Source: Eledone cirrhosa (Eukaryota). Taken from it: a stretch of DNA of 64,000 nucleotides. Below, in pieces: positions 10,705 through 25,792 of this stretch. The notes below the pieces were generated by a model that worked only from the letters and a program-made list of their open reading frames with translations, made no database searches and was not told where the DNA came from. The DNA is taken from NCBI GenBank assembly GCA_964016885.1, contig OZ024763.1, positions 18,662,001-18,726,000 of the forward strand. The letters run 5' to 3'. The translations under genes were made by a program, and so were the position numbers. Numbering within the stretch: position 1 is the first letter of the stretch; each line of letters starts with the position of its first letter.

Positions 10705-11006
10705 AGATCAAAAGATGGTTAAAGGAGTTCCATGTATTTTATTATGCGCATTTCAAAAACAAACATCATCATGCAATAATATTTGTGTTTTCATCAGATA
10801 AAACAGAACTGTTTTATCTGATGAAAACACAAATATTATTGCATGATGATGTTTGTTTTTGAAATGCGCATAATAAAATACATGGAACTCCTTTAACCAT
10901 CTTTTGATCTTATATATTATGTATACTCCAGTCCTACAAACTGTAGAGTGCTTCTTATCCGATATCTGCATTGCTTTATTGTACTACAATAAAACTCACC
11001 TCCTAC
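10701..11006. mobile_element. Family D HHR element with palindromic 5' end
   Basis: Arms 10701-10806 and 10809-10914 with a 2-nt spacer. The right arm continues to AATAAA near 10988. (TA)n on both sides. Confidence 0.85.
10812..10878 (+). ncRNA. Type I hammerhead ribozyme (family D); mirror copy at 10737-10803(-)
   Basis: TTTTAT-CTGATGA-AAA-C-ACAAATATTATT(GCAT)GATGATGTTTGT-T-TTT-GAAA-T(GCGC)A-TA^ATAAAA. Palindromic TGCGCA in stem/loop III, AUA triplet. Confidence 0.85.
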
Positions 11007-11255
11007 ATATATAATATATATATATATATAATATATCATATCATATATATATATTTATATATGCACACGTGGGGTACTATGTGTGATAAAGTTTGTTTAT
11101 AAACACAGCAAGGTGCGAGAGAGAGACAGCTAATGATGAATGCTTTGCCAGCTATCACATAACTTAGATATCACATTTATGTGTTTATTTATCTATCGTC
11201 CATATATGGGAAAATAAACTAAGAAAAAAAGTGTATTTGACATATTTCGGACATT

Positions 11256-11257
<2 letters not shown>

Positions 11258-11302
<45 letters not shown>

Positions 11303-11360
11303 CATATATATATATATATATATATATGTATAGATATAGATATATATCTATAGATATATA

Positions 11361-11393
<33 letters not shown>

Positions 11394-11698
11394 ATGTATA
11401 TATGTATATGTATATGTATATATGTATATATATATATGCATATGTATATATGTATGTATATGTATATGTATATATGTATATGTGTATATGTGTATATATA
11501 TATGTGTATGTATATGTGTATGTATATGTGTATATATGTGTATATATATATGTGTGTATATATGTATATATATATGTGTATATATATATGTGTATATATA
11601 TATATGTGTATATATATATGTGTATATATATATATGTGTATATATATATGTATATGTATATATATATATGTATATATGTATATATGTATGTATATATG

Positions 11699-11768
<70 letters not shown>

Positions 11769-11927
11769 TATATATATATATATATATATATAGTTATATA
11801 TATATATATATATATATATAGTTATATATATATATAGTTATATATATATATATATAGTTATATATATATATAGTTATATATATATATATAGTTATATATA
11901 TATATATAGTTATATATATATATAACT
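11258..11927. repeat. (TA)n/(TATG)n compound microsatellite
   Basis: Direct reading of the sequence. Confidence 0.95.
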
Positions 11928-12118
11928 ATTTTTCAAATTATATTCGTGATATAGAACAATTTTTGAACTGAGGTTTTTTTAGGTCCAGTAGATAAGTCAC
12001 ATACTAGGTTTTTATTTTCAGTTTGTGTTCTCAAGTAAAAAGGTGTGGTTTACACATGCATAAGTATAGGCATTACATACATACACATAAACACAGCCCA
12101 CACGTATATATATATATA

Positions 12119-12598
<480 letters not shown>

Positions 12599-12608
12599 TA
12601 TATATATA

Positions 12609-12662
<54 letters not shown>

Positions 12663-12672
12663 TATATATATA

Positions 12673-12730
<58 letters not shown>

Positions 12731-12734
<4 letters not shown>

Positions 12735-13145
12735 AAATATTGTAGTACAATAAAGCAATGCAGATATCGGATCAGAAGTACTCTACAGTTTGTGGGACTG
12801 GAGTATGTATGCATAATATAAGATCAAAAGATGGTTAAAGGAGTTCCATATATTTTATTATGCGCATTTCAAAAACAAACATCATCAAGCAATAATATTT
12901 GTGTTTTCATCAGATAAAACAGGATTACATGATATGAAGGCTAAAAAACACTTGTTGATAGTGCAGTTTTAAATCAACATATGATATGTTGATTTAAAAC
13001 TGCACTATCAACAAGTGTTTTTTAGCCTTCATATCATGTAATCCTGTTTTATCTGATGAAAACACAAATATTATTGCTTGATGATGTTTGTTTTTGAAAT
13101 GCGCATAATAAAATATATGGAACTCCTTTAACCATCTTTTGATCT

Positions 13146-13153
<8 letters not shown>
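12731..13153. mobile_element. Family D HHR element as a palindrome of about 340 bp
   Basis: Centre AACATAT-G-ATATGTT (12983). HHR at 12853-12919(-) and at 13047-13113(+). Confidence 0.88.
13047..13113 (+). ncRNA. Type I hammerhead ribozyme (family D)
   Basis: Identical to the 10812 copy except for the stem II loop (GCTT). Confidence 0.85.
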
Positions 13154-13181
<28 letters not shown>

Positions 13182-13278
13182 TCATTATCATCATCATCAT
13201 CATCATTATCGTTTAACGTCCATCTTCCACACTAGCAGGGGTTAGTCGGTTTTATTCCATTTGATACGGGAATGGGCG

Positions 13279-13340
<62 letters not shown>

Positions 13341-13484
13341 ATAATAATAAATGTGAAGACTAAAATCCAAAGAGGGCTCGATAAGGATAAATATATATCA
13401 AATATATAAGAACCCCTAAAGCAAATATTTTGTTTCAGAAGATGCCCTTCTTTGCTTAAACTTTAATCTGTTATTTCAATACAT

Positions 13485-13652
13485 GGACACACTACTAGAA
13501 GAGGAAGAACAAGGTTAACGTATGTTGATGCCCTAAGGACAGACACTGGTCTGTTGGAGACGCAGGACATGGCAGCGATAATGAGGGACAGAGACCGCTG
13601 GAGAGAACTCGTCCATGGATCTCGGGAATTTTACCCGCCTTAGATAGATAGA
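13485..13652 (+). mobile_element. RTE-like family 3 3' end
   Basis: [39 protein letters not shown]...FYPP*, then (TAGA)n. Confidence 0.85.
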
Positions 13653-13886
13653 TATATAAAATAAAAATGGCGTAGACATTACAGTACAATGTGAGGAAAC
13701 ATAATAGTACCACTGATGATGTTGCAGATGTGTGACGAAAGAAATTTGATAGGGAGAGGGGGTGATATATTTCAGTTATCATTAAGTAGGATAGTGTCTG
13801 GTATAGTGTTACACTGCCATGGGTACACAGAGCATCTTGGGTAGTGTGATTTAGTAAGTCTATTAGTATATATGTGTGTGTGTGTG

Positions 13887-13939
13887 TGGCTTCCTGATGA
13901 TTTCTCCCAAATGAAACAGCTCTAGTCCTGTAGAAGCCA
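13887..13939 (+). ncRNA. Type I hammerhead ribozyme (family B)
   Basis: TGGCTTC-CTGATGA-TTTCTCCCAAAT-GAAA-CAG(CTCTAGTC)CTG-TA^GAAGCCA. Stem I differs in sequence from the 7106 copy but is still fully paired. Confidence 0.83.
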
Positions 13940-13948
13940 TTTCTCCCC

Positions 13949-14051
<103 letters not shown>

Positions 14052-14163
14052 AGAAAGTATGATACTTTCTCCTATTACCAACTCTACTACCCTAAGTATT
14101 GAGTACTCTGGTGCGTTATGGTCCATCTGGTTCCTTACCACAACTCCTTCGTTTTATATATCT

Positions 14164-14607
14164 CTAAGGCGGGTAAAATTCCCGAGATCCATGGACGAGT
14201 TCTCTCCAGCGGTCTCTGTCCCTCATTATCGCTGCCATGTCCTGCGTCTCCAACAAACCAGTGTCTGTCCTGAGGGCATCAACATACGTTAACCTTGGTC
14301 TTCCTCTTCTAGTGTGTCCATTGAGATCGGTGTGGAAGTCGGACCTTCGTAGAGACCTGAAAGTCCGCCTCTTCATTGCTGTAGTGGAGTCTGTGCTGCT
14401 GTATGGGTCTGAGACTTGGACACTGACCAAGAGACTCCCACAGATGGTGGATGGGAGCTACATGAGAATGTTGAGGATGGCTCTGAACATTAATCAGTAT
14501 ACACTGAGGATGAAAAACTCAGAGCTGTATGGGAGCATCCCAAAAGTCAGCTCAAAAGTGACACAGAGGAGACTGAGGTTAGCTGGACATGCTCACCGAC
14601 ATCCAGA

Positions 14608-14608
<1 letters not shown>
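14164..14608. mobile_element. RTE-like family 3 insertion with inverted 5' segment
   Basis: 14164-14318(-) encodes GHTRRGRPRLTYVD...FYPP*. About 14320-14608(+) encodes the upstream region VESVLLYGSETW...RRLRLAGHAHRHPE. Confidence 0.85.
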
Positions 14609-14640
<32 letters not shown>

Positions 14641-14642
<2 letters not shown>

Positions 14643-14825
14643 CCCAGGTTCAATCGGGGGTAACCACAGTAAGTAAGGTACTCAATACATAGCAGAATAT
14701 AAATACTTAATATAGAAATGGCTTCTACAGGACTAGAACTGTTTCATTTGGTAGAAATCATCATGTTTTTCTGATGATTTCTACCAAATGAAACAGTTCT
14801 AGTCCTGTAGAAGCCATTTCTATAT

Positions 14826-14828
<3 letters not shown>
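14641..14828. mobile_element. Family B HHR element, head-to-head inverted pair
   Basis: Arms 14707-14763 and 14772-14828. CTGATGA at 14771. The 5' strand of stem I is truncated in both arms. Confidence 0.85.
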
Positions 14829-14873
<45 letters not shown>

Positions 14874-14887
14874 TACATATACTAATT

Positions 14888-15050
14888 GAAAGACCTAGGC
14901 AGAGGTTGTGAGAGCTGACCTCAATTCACTGAAACTCAGAGACGATGACAAAGGATCACAATGTGTGGAAAGATGCTGTGCTGAGAAGGACCGGGGCCAA
15001 TCAATGTAAGCATGAAAAAGCAGCCATAAAATCAATGAAGATGATGATGA
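14888..15050 (+). mobile_element. Degenerate RTE family 2 3' end
   Basis: Similar to 28365-28520 (GAGAGCTGACCTC..CTGAAACTC..GATGCTGTGCTGA), with a (GAT)n tail. Confidence 0.7.
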
Positions 15051-15384
15051 TATAATATATATATCTGGTTACTACTATCTATCTATTTATTTATCTATAC
15101 GCGCTAACTCACCCAACTATATATTTATCTTTTCGCTTCATCATTTCATAAAACTACGTCAATACAACACTCTCTCACTTAGGCTTTTCTCTCTTTCTCT
15201 TTTTCTTTCTTCTTTTGTTTTTTCCTATTCCTTTTCCTTTTCTTTTCTTTTCTTTTCCTTCTTTGGGTTTGCTCTTTCTTTCTCCTTTTCTTTTTTTCCC
15301 TATTCCAACAGCTTAATTTAAATGTATGGGATTTAAACCTTTCCAACACTAATTTGCATAATAGACCAATAATAAAATTAGTAA

Positions 15385-15772
<388 letters not shown>

Positions 15773-15891
15773 TATATTAATTAAAAAATGAAGTTTCATT
15801 TACATGTATAGTTTTTTTAATTTTGTATCGACCTGAATCATATACACTGTGTGTGTGTGTGTGTATATATATAAAAATGAAATGATATCTT

Positions 15892-16620
15892 ATGGAGGCA
15901 CATGGCTTAGTGGTTAGAGCTTTGGGTTTGCAATCGAAAGGTTGTGAGTTCAATTCTCAGACCGGGTGATGTGTTGTTTCCTTGAGCAAGACACTTTATT
16001 TCACATTGCTCCAGTTTACTCAGCTGTAGAAATGAGATGATAGGACTGGAGTCCCTATCATTTCACTGCAAAGTGGTCGTGGAGGTGCCACGGCAAAAAA
16101 GCACCCACCACTCACTGCAAAGTGGTCGTGGAGGTGCCACAGCAAAAAAGCACCCACCACTCACTGCAAAGTGGTCGTGGAGGTGCCACAGCAAAAAAGC
16201 ACCCACCACTCACTGCAAAGTGGTTGTGGAGGTGTCACGGCAAAAAAGCACCCACCACTCACTGCAAAGTGGTTGTGGAGGTGTCACGGCAAAAAAGCAC
16301 CCACCACTCACTGCAAAGTGGTTGTGGAGGTGTCACGGCAAAAAAGCACCCACCACTCACTGCAAAGTGGTTGTGGAGGTGTCACGGCAAAAAAGCACCC
16401 ACCACTCACTGCAAAGTGGTTGTGGAGGTGTCACGGCAAAAAAGCACCCAGCACTCACTGTAAAGTGGTTGTGGAGGTGTCACGGCAAAAAAGCACCCAG
16501 CACTCACTGTAAATGAGGTTGGTGTTAGGAAGGGCATCCAGCTGTAGAAATCAAGCCAGAATCAGTTCCCGTCCCACCCTTGCAAGTAGGGAAAAGTGGA
16601 CGTAAAATGATGATGATGAT
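15892..16620 (+). mobile_element. CORE-like SINE with about 9 internal 49-bp repeats
   Basis: A/B boxes, CORE-like segment, and the array CACTCACTGCAAAGTGGTTGTGGAGGTGTCACGGCAAAAAAGCACCCAC at 16064-16510, followed by the RTE tail. Confidence 0.92.
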
Positions 16621-16656
<36 letters not shown>

Positions 16657-17200
16657 ATCATCATCACCTAGCATGGGTTAGACGGGTCAGGTTTAAACTG
16701 ACCTTGCCCAATTGCAGCGCTCAAAGGCGATGACACAGGACCGTGACCTCTGGCGTCATGCAGAAGACGGGTACAAGCTGAAGCGGAACCATATAGACAA
16801 TATGCACCGCCCCCACCCCACCGTAAAGTGGTCGTGTAGGACCCACAGTAAAAAATCCCCCAGCACACACTGTAAAGTGGTTGCGGAGGTGTCACGACAA
16901 AAGAGTACTGAGCCTGAGGGTGGTGCTAGGAAGGGCATCCAGCTGTAGAAATCAAGCCAGAATCAGTTCCTGTATGAAAAAGGCTGGTTTTCGTGGTGGT
17001 GGTGGTGGTGGTGATGGTAACTGTGGTGGTGGTGACAGTGGTGGTGATGAGGATGATGGTGATGGTGGTGGTGGTGATGGGGATGATGGTGGTGGTGGTT
17101 ACACAAGAGAATGATGAAGAGCCTGTAGAACACATCTGATTGGTGAGAAAGTAAAGAAAGTCCCCCCCCCCACCCCGGCCACACACACACACACACACAC

Positions 17201-19525
17201 ACTAGCACTAGCACCAACACCACCACCACCACCGGCACCATCACCACTACCACAACCATCACCACCACCGCCACCATCACCACCACCACCACCACCACCA
17301 TCACCACCGCCCCCACCACCACCACAAAAAAACCACTACCATCACCACTACCACCACCGCCACCACCATCACCACTACCACCACCACCACCACCACCACC
17401 ACCGCCACCATCACCACCACCACCGCCACCATCACCACCACCACCACCATCACCACCGCCCCCACCACCACCACAAAAAAAAAACCACTACCATCACCAC
17501 TACCACCACCGCCACCACCATCACCACTACCACCACCACCACCACCACCACCACCGCCACCATCACCACCACCGCCACCATCACCACCACCATCACCACC
17601 GCCCCCACCACCACCACAAAAAAAAAACCACTACCATCACCACTACCACCACCGCCACCACCATCACCACTACCGCCACCATTACCACCACCACCACCAC
17701 CACCACCGCCACCATCACCACCACCACCACCACCATCACCACCGCCCCCACCACCACCACAAAAAAACCCACTACCACCACCGCCACCACCATCACCACT
17801 ACCACCACCGCCACCATTACCGCCACCACCACCGCCACCACCACCACCACCGCCCCCACCACCACCACCACAAAAAAACCACTACCACCACCGCCGCCAC
17901 CACCATCACCACTACCACCACCGCCACCACCATCACCACTACCACCACCGCCACCACCACCTCCACCACCGCCACCACCACCTCCTGTTCATTGTTGGTT
18001 TCAATGCCCTCTTTGACTTCTGTCCTGATGTGGTGGTGGTGGTGGTGGTGGTGCTGGTAGTGGTGGTGGTGGTGGTGGTGGTGGTGGAGGTAGTGGTCTT
18101 AGGGTGTGGGGGTGTAGGGGATGAGGGATATATAGGGGTGGGGTGTAGGGGATGGGGGATATATAGGGTGGGGGGGATGTTTAGGTGTAGCTCTGGAGGA
18201 GTGGGTGTAGGTTTTTAAGAAGAAAATCTGTTATTGTAAGATACACTGAAGAGGGTGGTGGTGGTGGTGTTGGTGATGGTGATGGTGGTGTTGGTGATGG
18301 TGGTGTTGGTGGTGGTGGTGTTGTTGGTGGTGGTGGTGTTGGTGTTCGTGGTGTTGGTGATGGTGTTAGTGGTGGTGGTGATAGTGGTGGTGGTGGTGGT
18401 GGTGGTGTTGGTGATGGTGTTAGTGGTGGTGGTGATAGTGGTGGTGGTGGTGGTGGTGTTGGTGATGGTGATGGTGGTGTTGGTGTTAGTGGTGTTGGTG
18501 TTGGTGTTGTTGGTGGTGGTGATAGTGGTGTTGGTGTTAGTGGTGGTGGTGTTAGTGGTGTTGGTGTTAGTGGTGGTGGTGATAGTGGTGTTGGTGTTAG
18601 TGGTGGTGGTGTTAGTGGTGTTGGTGTTAGTGGTGGTGGTGATAGTGGTGTTGGTGTTAGTGGTGGTGGTGTTAGTGGTGTTGGTGTTAGTGGTGGTGGT
18701 GATAGTGGTGTTGGTGTTAGTGGTGTTGGTGTTAGTGGTGGTGGTGTTAGTGGTGGTGGTGATAGTGGTGTTGGTGTTAGTGGTGGTGGTGATAGTGGTG
18801 TTGGTGTTAGTGGTGGTGATAGTGGTGGTGGTGTTAGTGGTGGTGGTGATAGTGGTGTTGGTGTTAGTGGTGGTGGTGATAGTGGTGTTGGTGTTGGTGT
18901 TGTTGGTGGTGGTGATAGTGGTGTTGGTGTTAGTGGTGGTGGTGATAGTGGTGTTGGTGGTGGTGGTGGTGGTGATAGTGGTGTTGGTGTTGGTGTTGTT
19001 GGTGGTGGTGATAGTGGTGTTGGTGTTAGTGGTGGTGGTGATAGTGGTGTTGGTGGTGGTGGTGGTGGTGATAGTGGTGTTGGTGTTGGTGTTGTTGGTG
19101 GTGGTGATAGTGGTGTTGGTGTTAGTGGTGGTGGTGATAGTGGTGTTGGTGTTGGTGTTGTTGGTGGTGGTGATAGTGGTGTTGGTGTTAGTGGTGGTGG
19201 TGATAGTGGTGTTGGTGTTGGTGTTGTTGGTGGTGGTGATAGTGGTGTTGGTGTTAGTGGTGGTGGTGATAGTGGTGTTGGTGTTGGTGTTGTTGGTGGT
19301 GGTGATAGTGGTGTTGGTGTTAGTGGTGGTGGTGATAGTGGTGTTGGTGGTGGTGATAGTGGTGTTGGTGTTAGTGTTGTTGGTGGATAGATCACCACCA
19401 CCAACTTCAACAGCAACACCACCACCACCACCATTACCACAACCACAATTATCACCACCTTCAAAACTCTGTACTGCTACTACTGCTGCCAACACCACCA
19501 CCACCACCACTTCCTTCCTGCTCTC

Positions 19526-19593
<68 letters not shown>

Positions 19594-19935
19594 ATTCCCA
19601 CACAAACATCTCTCAAGATCTCCCCAGCCCACCCCTTCTCCTTCTCTTCTACCATTACTACCACCACCACCACCACCACCATCACTGCCACCACCACCAC
19701 CCAAAACCACCATCACCACCACCACCACCACTACCATCTCTTCATCCTCAATCTCCTCACCCCCTCCACCTCACTTTCTCACCCCCTCCCTCACTGTCTC
19801 CCTTCCACCACCACCACCACCACCACCACCACTACCATCTCTTCATCCTCAATCTCCTCACCCCCTCCCTCACTGTCTCCCCTCCACCACCACCACCACC
19901 ACCACCACCACCACCACCACCACCACCACCACCAC
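17201..19935. repeat. Long (CAC)n/(GGT)n compound microsatellite blocks in alternating orientation
   Basis: CAC block 17201-17985, GGT block 18254-19386 and CAC block 19394-19935. These are the source of the poly-V/T/P ORFs. Confidence 0.93.
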
Positions 19936-20334
19936 GACGTCTTCATCCTCAATCTCCTCACCCCCTCCACCTCACTTTCTCCCCCCACCCCACCACAATC
20001 CCCTCCCCCCACCCTCCTAGACACCAGTAGTATAGGTATCCATGTATCTGCCACCAGGGAGCGTAACATGACCAGCAACAGTAGCAGCACCACTGCAACA
20101 GAAACCAATGGGCCTGCCCTTCTCCCCCGTCTCACCGGCCTCTCTCTCCTCTCACATTCCACATATGTAGCACATTATACTGCATTGGTGTGACGGCCTG
20201 CACTTGCACCGCATCTGCATTCACATACACACACACACACACACATACACACACACACATATATATACATACACATTCACTCACACACATATATTTACAT
20301 ATATACACATTCACACATATATATATATATACTT

Positions 20335-20400
<66 letters not shown>

Positions 20401-20540
20401 ACACACATATACACATTCACACACACACACACATATATATATATACTTACACACACACACATATATACATACACATTCACACACACACACATATATATAT
20501 ATATACTTACACACACACACATATATACATACACATTCAT

Positions 20541-20591
<51 letters not shown>

Positions 20592-21144
20592 AACACACAT
20601 TTATAATCATATATACACATTCACACACATACACACATATATATATATATATATGTGTGTTAGTGGTGTTGGTGTATATATATATATATATATACTTACA
20701 CGCACACATACAAACATACACACACATATACACACACACACATATACACATACACACATACATACACACATACATACACACATACGCACACACATATACA
20801 CACACACACATATATATATATATACTTACACACACACATACAAACATACACACACACACATACACACACATACATACACACATACGCACACACATATACA
20901 CACACATATATATATATACTTACACACACACATACAAACATACACACACACACATACACACACATGTACACATACACACATACATACACACACACACACA
21001 CATACACACACATGTACACATACACACATACATACACACACATACATACACACACATACATACACACATACGCACACACATACACACACACAAACATATA
21101 TATACTTACACACACACATACAAACATACACACACACATACACA

Positions 21145-21205
<61 letters not shown>

Positions 21206-21279
21206 CTATATCTATGCAACTGTATAGACATGTGAAATAACGTGAGTTCCACGTGTCAGTAAGTTGTTGGCTGGAATGG

Positions 21280-22665
21280 TTTGGTGGGAGGTGACCCCTG
21301 GCTAAACTACAGCACACACACATACACACACATACACACACACAGATACACATACAGACATACACACACATACATACACACACAGACATACACACACATA
21401 CATACATACATACACATTGATGGTAGTGTGGTGTTTGGTGGGAGGTGACCCCTGGCTAAACTACAGCACACACACATACAGACATACACAGACATACACA
21501 TACATACACACACATACATTGGTGATAGTGTGGTGTTTAGTGGGAAGTGACCACTGGCTAAACTACAGCAGACATATATACACACACACACATACATACA
21601 CATACATACATAGACATACACATACATACACACAGACATACATACACACACATACACACATACATACATACATACATACAGACACATTGGTGATAGTGTG
21701 GTGTTTAGTGGGAAGTGACCCCTGGCTAAACTACAGCACACACACATACAGACATACACAGACATACACACACATACATACACATACATACACATTGGTG
21801 ATAGTGTGGTGTTTGGTGGCAAGTGACCACTGGCTAAACTACAGCAGACATACACATACAGGCACAGACATACACACACATACATACACACACATACATA
21901 CATACACATTGGCGATAGTGTGGTGTTTGGTGGGAGGTGACCCCTGGCTAAACTACAGCACACATACATACACACACATACAGACACAGACATACACACA
22001 CATACATACATACATACACATTGGTGATAGTGTGGTGTTTAGTGGGAAGTGACCCCTGGCTAAACTACAGCAGACATACATACACATACACATAGTGGCA
22101 CAGACATACACACACATACATACATACATACACATAGTGGCACATACATACACACACATACATACATACATACACATTGGTGATAGTGTGGTGTTTAGTG
22201 GGAAGTGACCCCTGGCTAAACTACAGCAGACACACACACATACATAGTGGCACAGACATACACACACCACATACATATAGTGGCACAGACATACACACAC
22301 ATACATACATACATACACATTGTTTCACAGACATACACTACATATACACAGTTGACACATAGTGGCACAGACATACACACACACACATAGTGGCACAGAC
22401 ATACACACACTACATACATACATACACATTGATGATAGTGTGGTGTTTGGTGGGAAGTGACCCCTGGCTAAACTACAGCAGACACACATACATACACATA
22501 CAGACATACACACACATACATACATACACATAGTGGCACAGACATACACTACATATACACACATACACATAGTGGCACAGACATACACACACATACATAC
22601 ATACATACACATTGGTGATAGTGTGGTGTTTGGTGGGAAGTGACCACTGGCTAAACTACAGCAGA
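21280..22665. repeat. Array of a conserved unit of about 54 bp separated by variable CA-rich spacers
   Basis: CATTGGTGATAGTGTGGTGTTTAGTGGGAAGTGACCCCTGGCTAAACTACAGCA occurs about 10 times (about 21280, 21416, 21518, 21685, 21793, 21907, 22019, 22175, 22427, 22610). Confidence 0.9.
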
Positions 22666-23571
22666 CATACATACATACACATACATACACACACCACATA
22701 CACATAGTTGCACATGCATACACACACATACATACACACATACACATGGTTTCACAGACATACACTACATATACACAGTTGACACATAGTTGCACATACA
22801 TACACACACATACATACACACACATACATACACACACATACATACACACACATACACACATACATACACATTGTTTCACAGACATACACTACATATACAC
22901 AGTTGACACAGTTGCACATACATACACACACATACATACACACTACATACACATAGTTGCACATACATACACACATACATACACACACCACATACACATA
23001 GTTGCACATACATACACACACCACATACACACTACATACACACACCACATACACACACTACATACACACACACACATACACACTACATAGACACACCACA
23101 TACACACACTACATACATACTCACACATACACACTACATACACATAGTTGCACATACATTCACACACAATACACACACCGCACACACCACATACACACTA
23201 CATACACACACCACATACACACACATACACACTACATAGACACACCACATACACACACTACATACATACACACACATACACACTACATACGCATAGTTGC
23301 ACATGCATACACACACAATACACACACCGCACACACCACATGCACACACACATACACACACCACATACACACACTACATACACACACCACATACACATAG
23401 TTGTACATACATACACACACTACATACACACACCACATAGTTGTACATACATACACACTACATACACACATTTATATAAGACACTGATAGACAACGCACA
23501 GACAGACAGATAGATATATTGACAGCTAGCTAGCTAGAATAGATAGATAGGTAGATAGATAGGTAGATATG

Positions 23572-23828
23572 TTTCTTTATTAGCCACAGGGGCACAAAAG
23601 AAGGGGACAAATACAAAGGGGGAAGTTTACATACAATAAAAACGTGTAAAATGTTATCACAAATGCAATTTAAAAAATTAGTCGATTTTCCCTAATAGGG
23701 GGAGACAGTTTATATGGGTAACACATACCCCCGAAAAAATGTGAAACCCTCATCTCCAGGAGTACGAAGCGTTTGTACTCCTTTCCTCTCCTCCTCCTTT
23801 TCCTCAACCTACAGGCTGATATAGAGAG
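23572..23828 (-). mobile_element. L1/Tx1-like LINE 3' end adjacent to (GATA)n
   Basis: Shares TTTCTTTATT.GCCACAGGGGC and TTCCTCAACCTACAGG with 48678-49096. Confidence 0.6.
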
Positions 23829-23835
23829 AATATAT

Positions 23836-23888
<53 letters not shown>

Positions 23889-24071
23889 ATATCTATCTAT
23901 CTATCTATCTATATCTATATATATATCTATATATCTATATATATATCTATATATATATATATCTATATATATATATCTATATATATATCTATATATATAT
24001 CTATATATATATATCTATATCTAGATATCTAGATATATATATCTATATATATATATCTATATATATATATA

Positions 24072-24141
<70 letters not shown>

Positions 24142-24338
24142 CACATATATTTTTATTTGTTTGACCCGAATTACTTGATCGTTTCTTTGGCTGTGCGGAT
24201 GTTTGTTTAACCATCATCTCAGTGTGTTTGGCCTTTAACGTATGTTGTAGCTCTGGTTCATCTGAATCATTGAGTACTTGCCACACATCTCGGAAGTTGT
24301 TTTTCGTTAATTCCTAAGTCGAAATACGATTCTCGCTA

Positions 24339-24381
<43 letters not shown>

Positions 24382-24682
24382 TAAATCTCTATATATCTAT
24401 CTATATATATATAGATAGATATATAGAGAGGTTTGATTCTTAATAGTAAATATGGTGTAAGAAATATAGAAAGATATTAAGAGTTGAAATAATAAGAGAC
24501 TGTTGAAATAAGACACAAGGCACTGTTTATATAGAGAGACTGTCTTTAATTTTGGTATTCCCAGAGAAACTGGCAGAAATAACTTTAAAGTATAGCGAAA
24601 ACAACCAAAAACTGTCATAAAATTGCAATGGAATAGAATTTAATAAGCAACTTTTAAACACACACACATATATATATATATA

Positions 24683-24777
<95 letters not shown>

Positions 24778-24842
24778 TTACATACATACACATATATGTA
24801 CATACATATAAATAAATAAATATATATATATATATATATACA

Positions 24843-24912
<70 letters not shown>

Positions 24913-25637
24913 TATTTATATATATATTAATACATACAAATATATATATATATATATACACATATATATATATATATATATAAATACAAAAAAATATATA
25001 TATATTAACAAATACAAAAAAAAATATATATATACACACACATATATATATATACATACACACATATATATACATACATATGTGTGTGTGTATGTATATA
25101 CACATACACACACACACACATATATATACACACACATACATATATATATATATATACACACACACAAACACATACATATATATATATGTATACATACACA
25201 CACACACATATATACATACATATATATACATCTCTGTGTGTTTTTGTGATTCTATTTTTGACATTTCCAAAATTTCTTGAGAAAGAGAAACAGAATTGAT
25301 ATAAGTCTGAAATAACTGGGAAAAACTGGAAAAATTAACTAATTTTTTTTCACAAAATAATGGATTAGATTCTAAGAAAGAAAATTCAGAGAAAACTTTT
25401 TGGTATTTTTTCTTTCTTTTTGCATCTTTTTATCTTAAAAAAAAATGTTTTTTGCTTCTAAAATTTGTTCCATTTTATGAAACAACGGATATACATATGT
25501 TATATATATATATATACATATGTTATATATATATATATATACATATGTTATATATACATATATTATATATATCTATATATACATATATTATATAATATAT
25601 ATTTACATATATTATATATTTTATATATATATCTTTT

Positions 25638-25753
25638 GAATGAAACAGTTCTAGTCCTGTAGAAGACATTTCTATATTAAACTTGACGTTTACACTCTTC
25701 TAATGTATTGAGTACATTACTAACTGTGTTTTCCCCTGATTGAACCTGAAAAT
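25638..25753 (+). mobile_element. Family B element 3' half (partial HHR)
   Basis: GAATGAAACAGTTCTAGTCCTGTAGAAGAC...ATGTATTGAGTAC, as in 7128-7200. Confidence 0.8.
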
Positions 25754-25756
25754 CAT

Positions 25757-25792
<36 letters not shown>

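Noticed and set aside
18181-20030. Long ORFs (427-591 aa; poly-V, poly-T, extensin-like Pro repeats)
   Set aside because: They are translations of (GGT)n/(CAC)n microsatellites, open in several frames on both strands, with no unique domain.
21280-22665. CRISPR array
   Set aside because: The spacers are low-complexity and very variable in length, the context is eukaryotic, and there are no cas genes.
24137-24340. Minus-strand open stretch NFRDVWQVLNDSDEPELQHTLK...
   Set aside because: About 50 codons, no start codon, no recognisable motif and TA-flanked. Probably an unidentified TE scrap.
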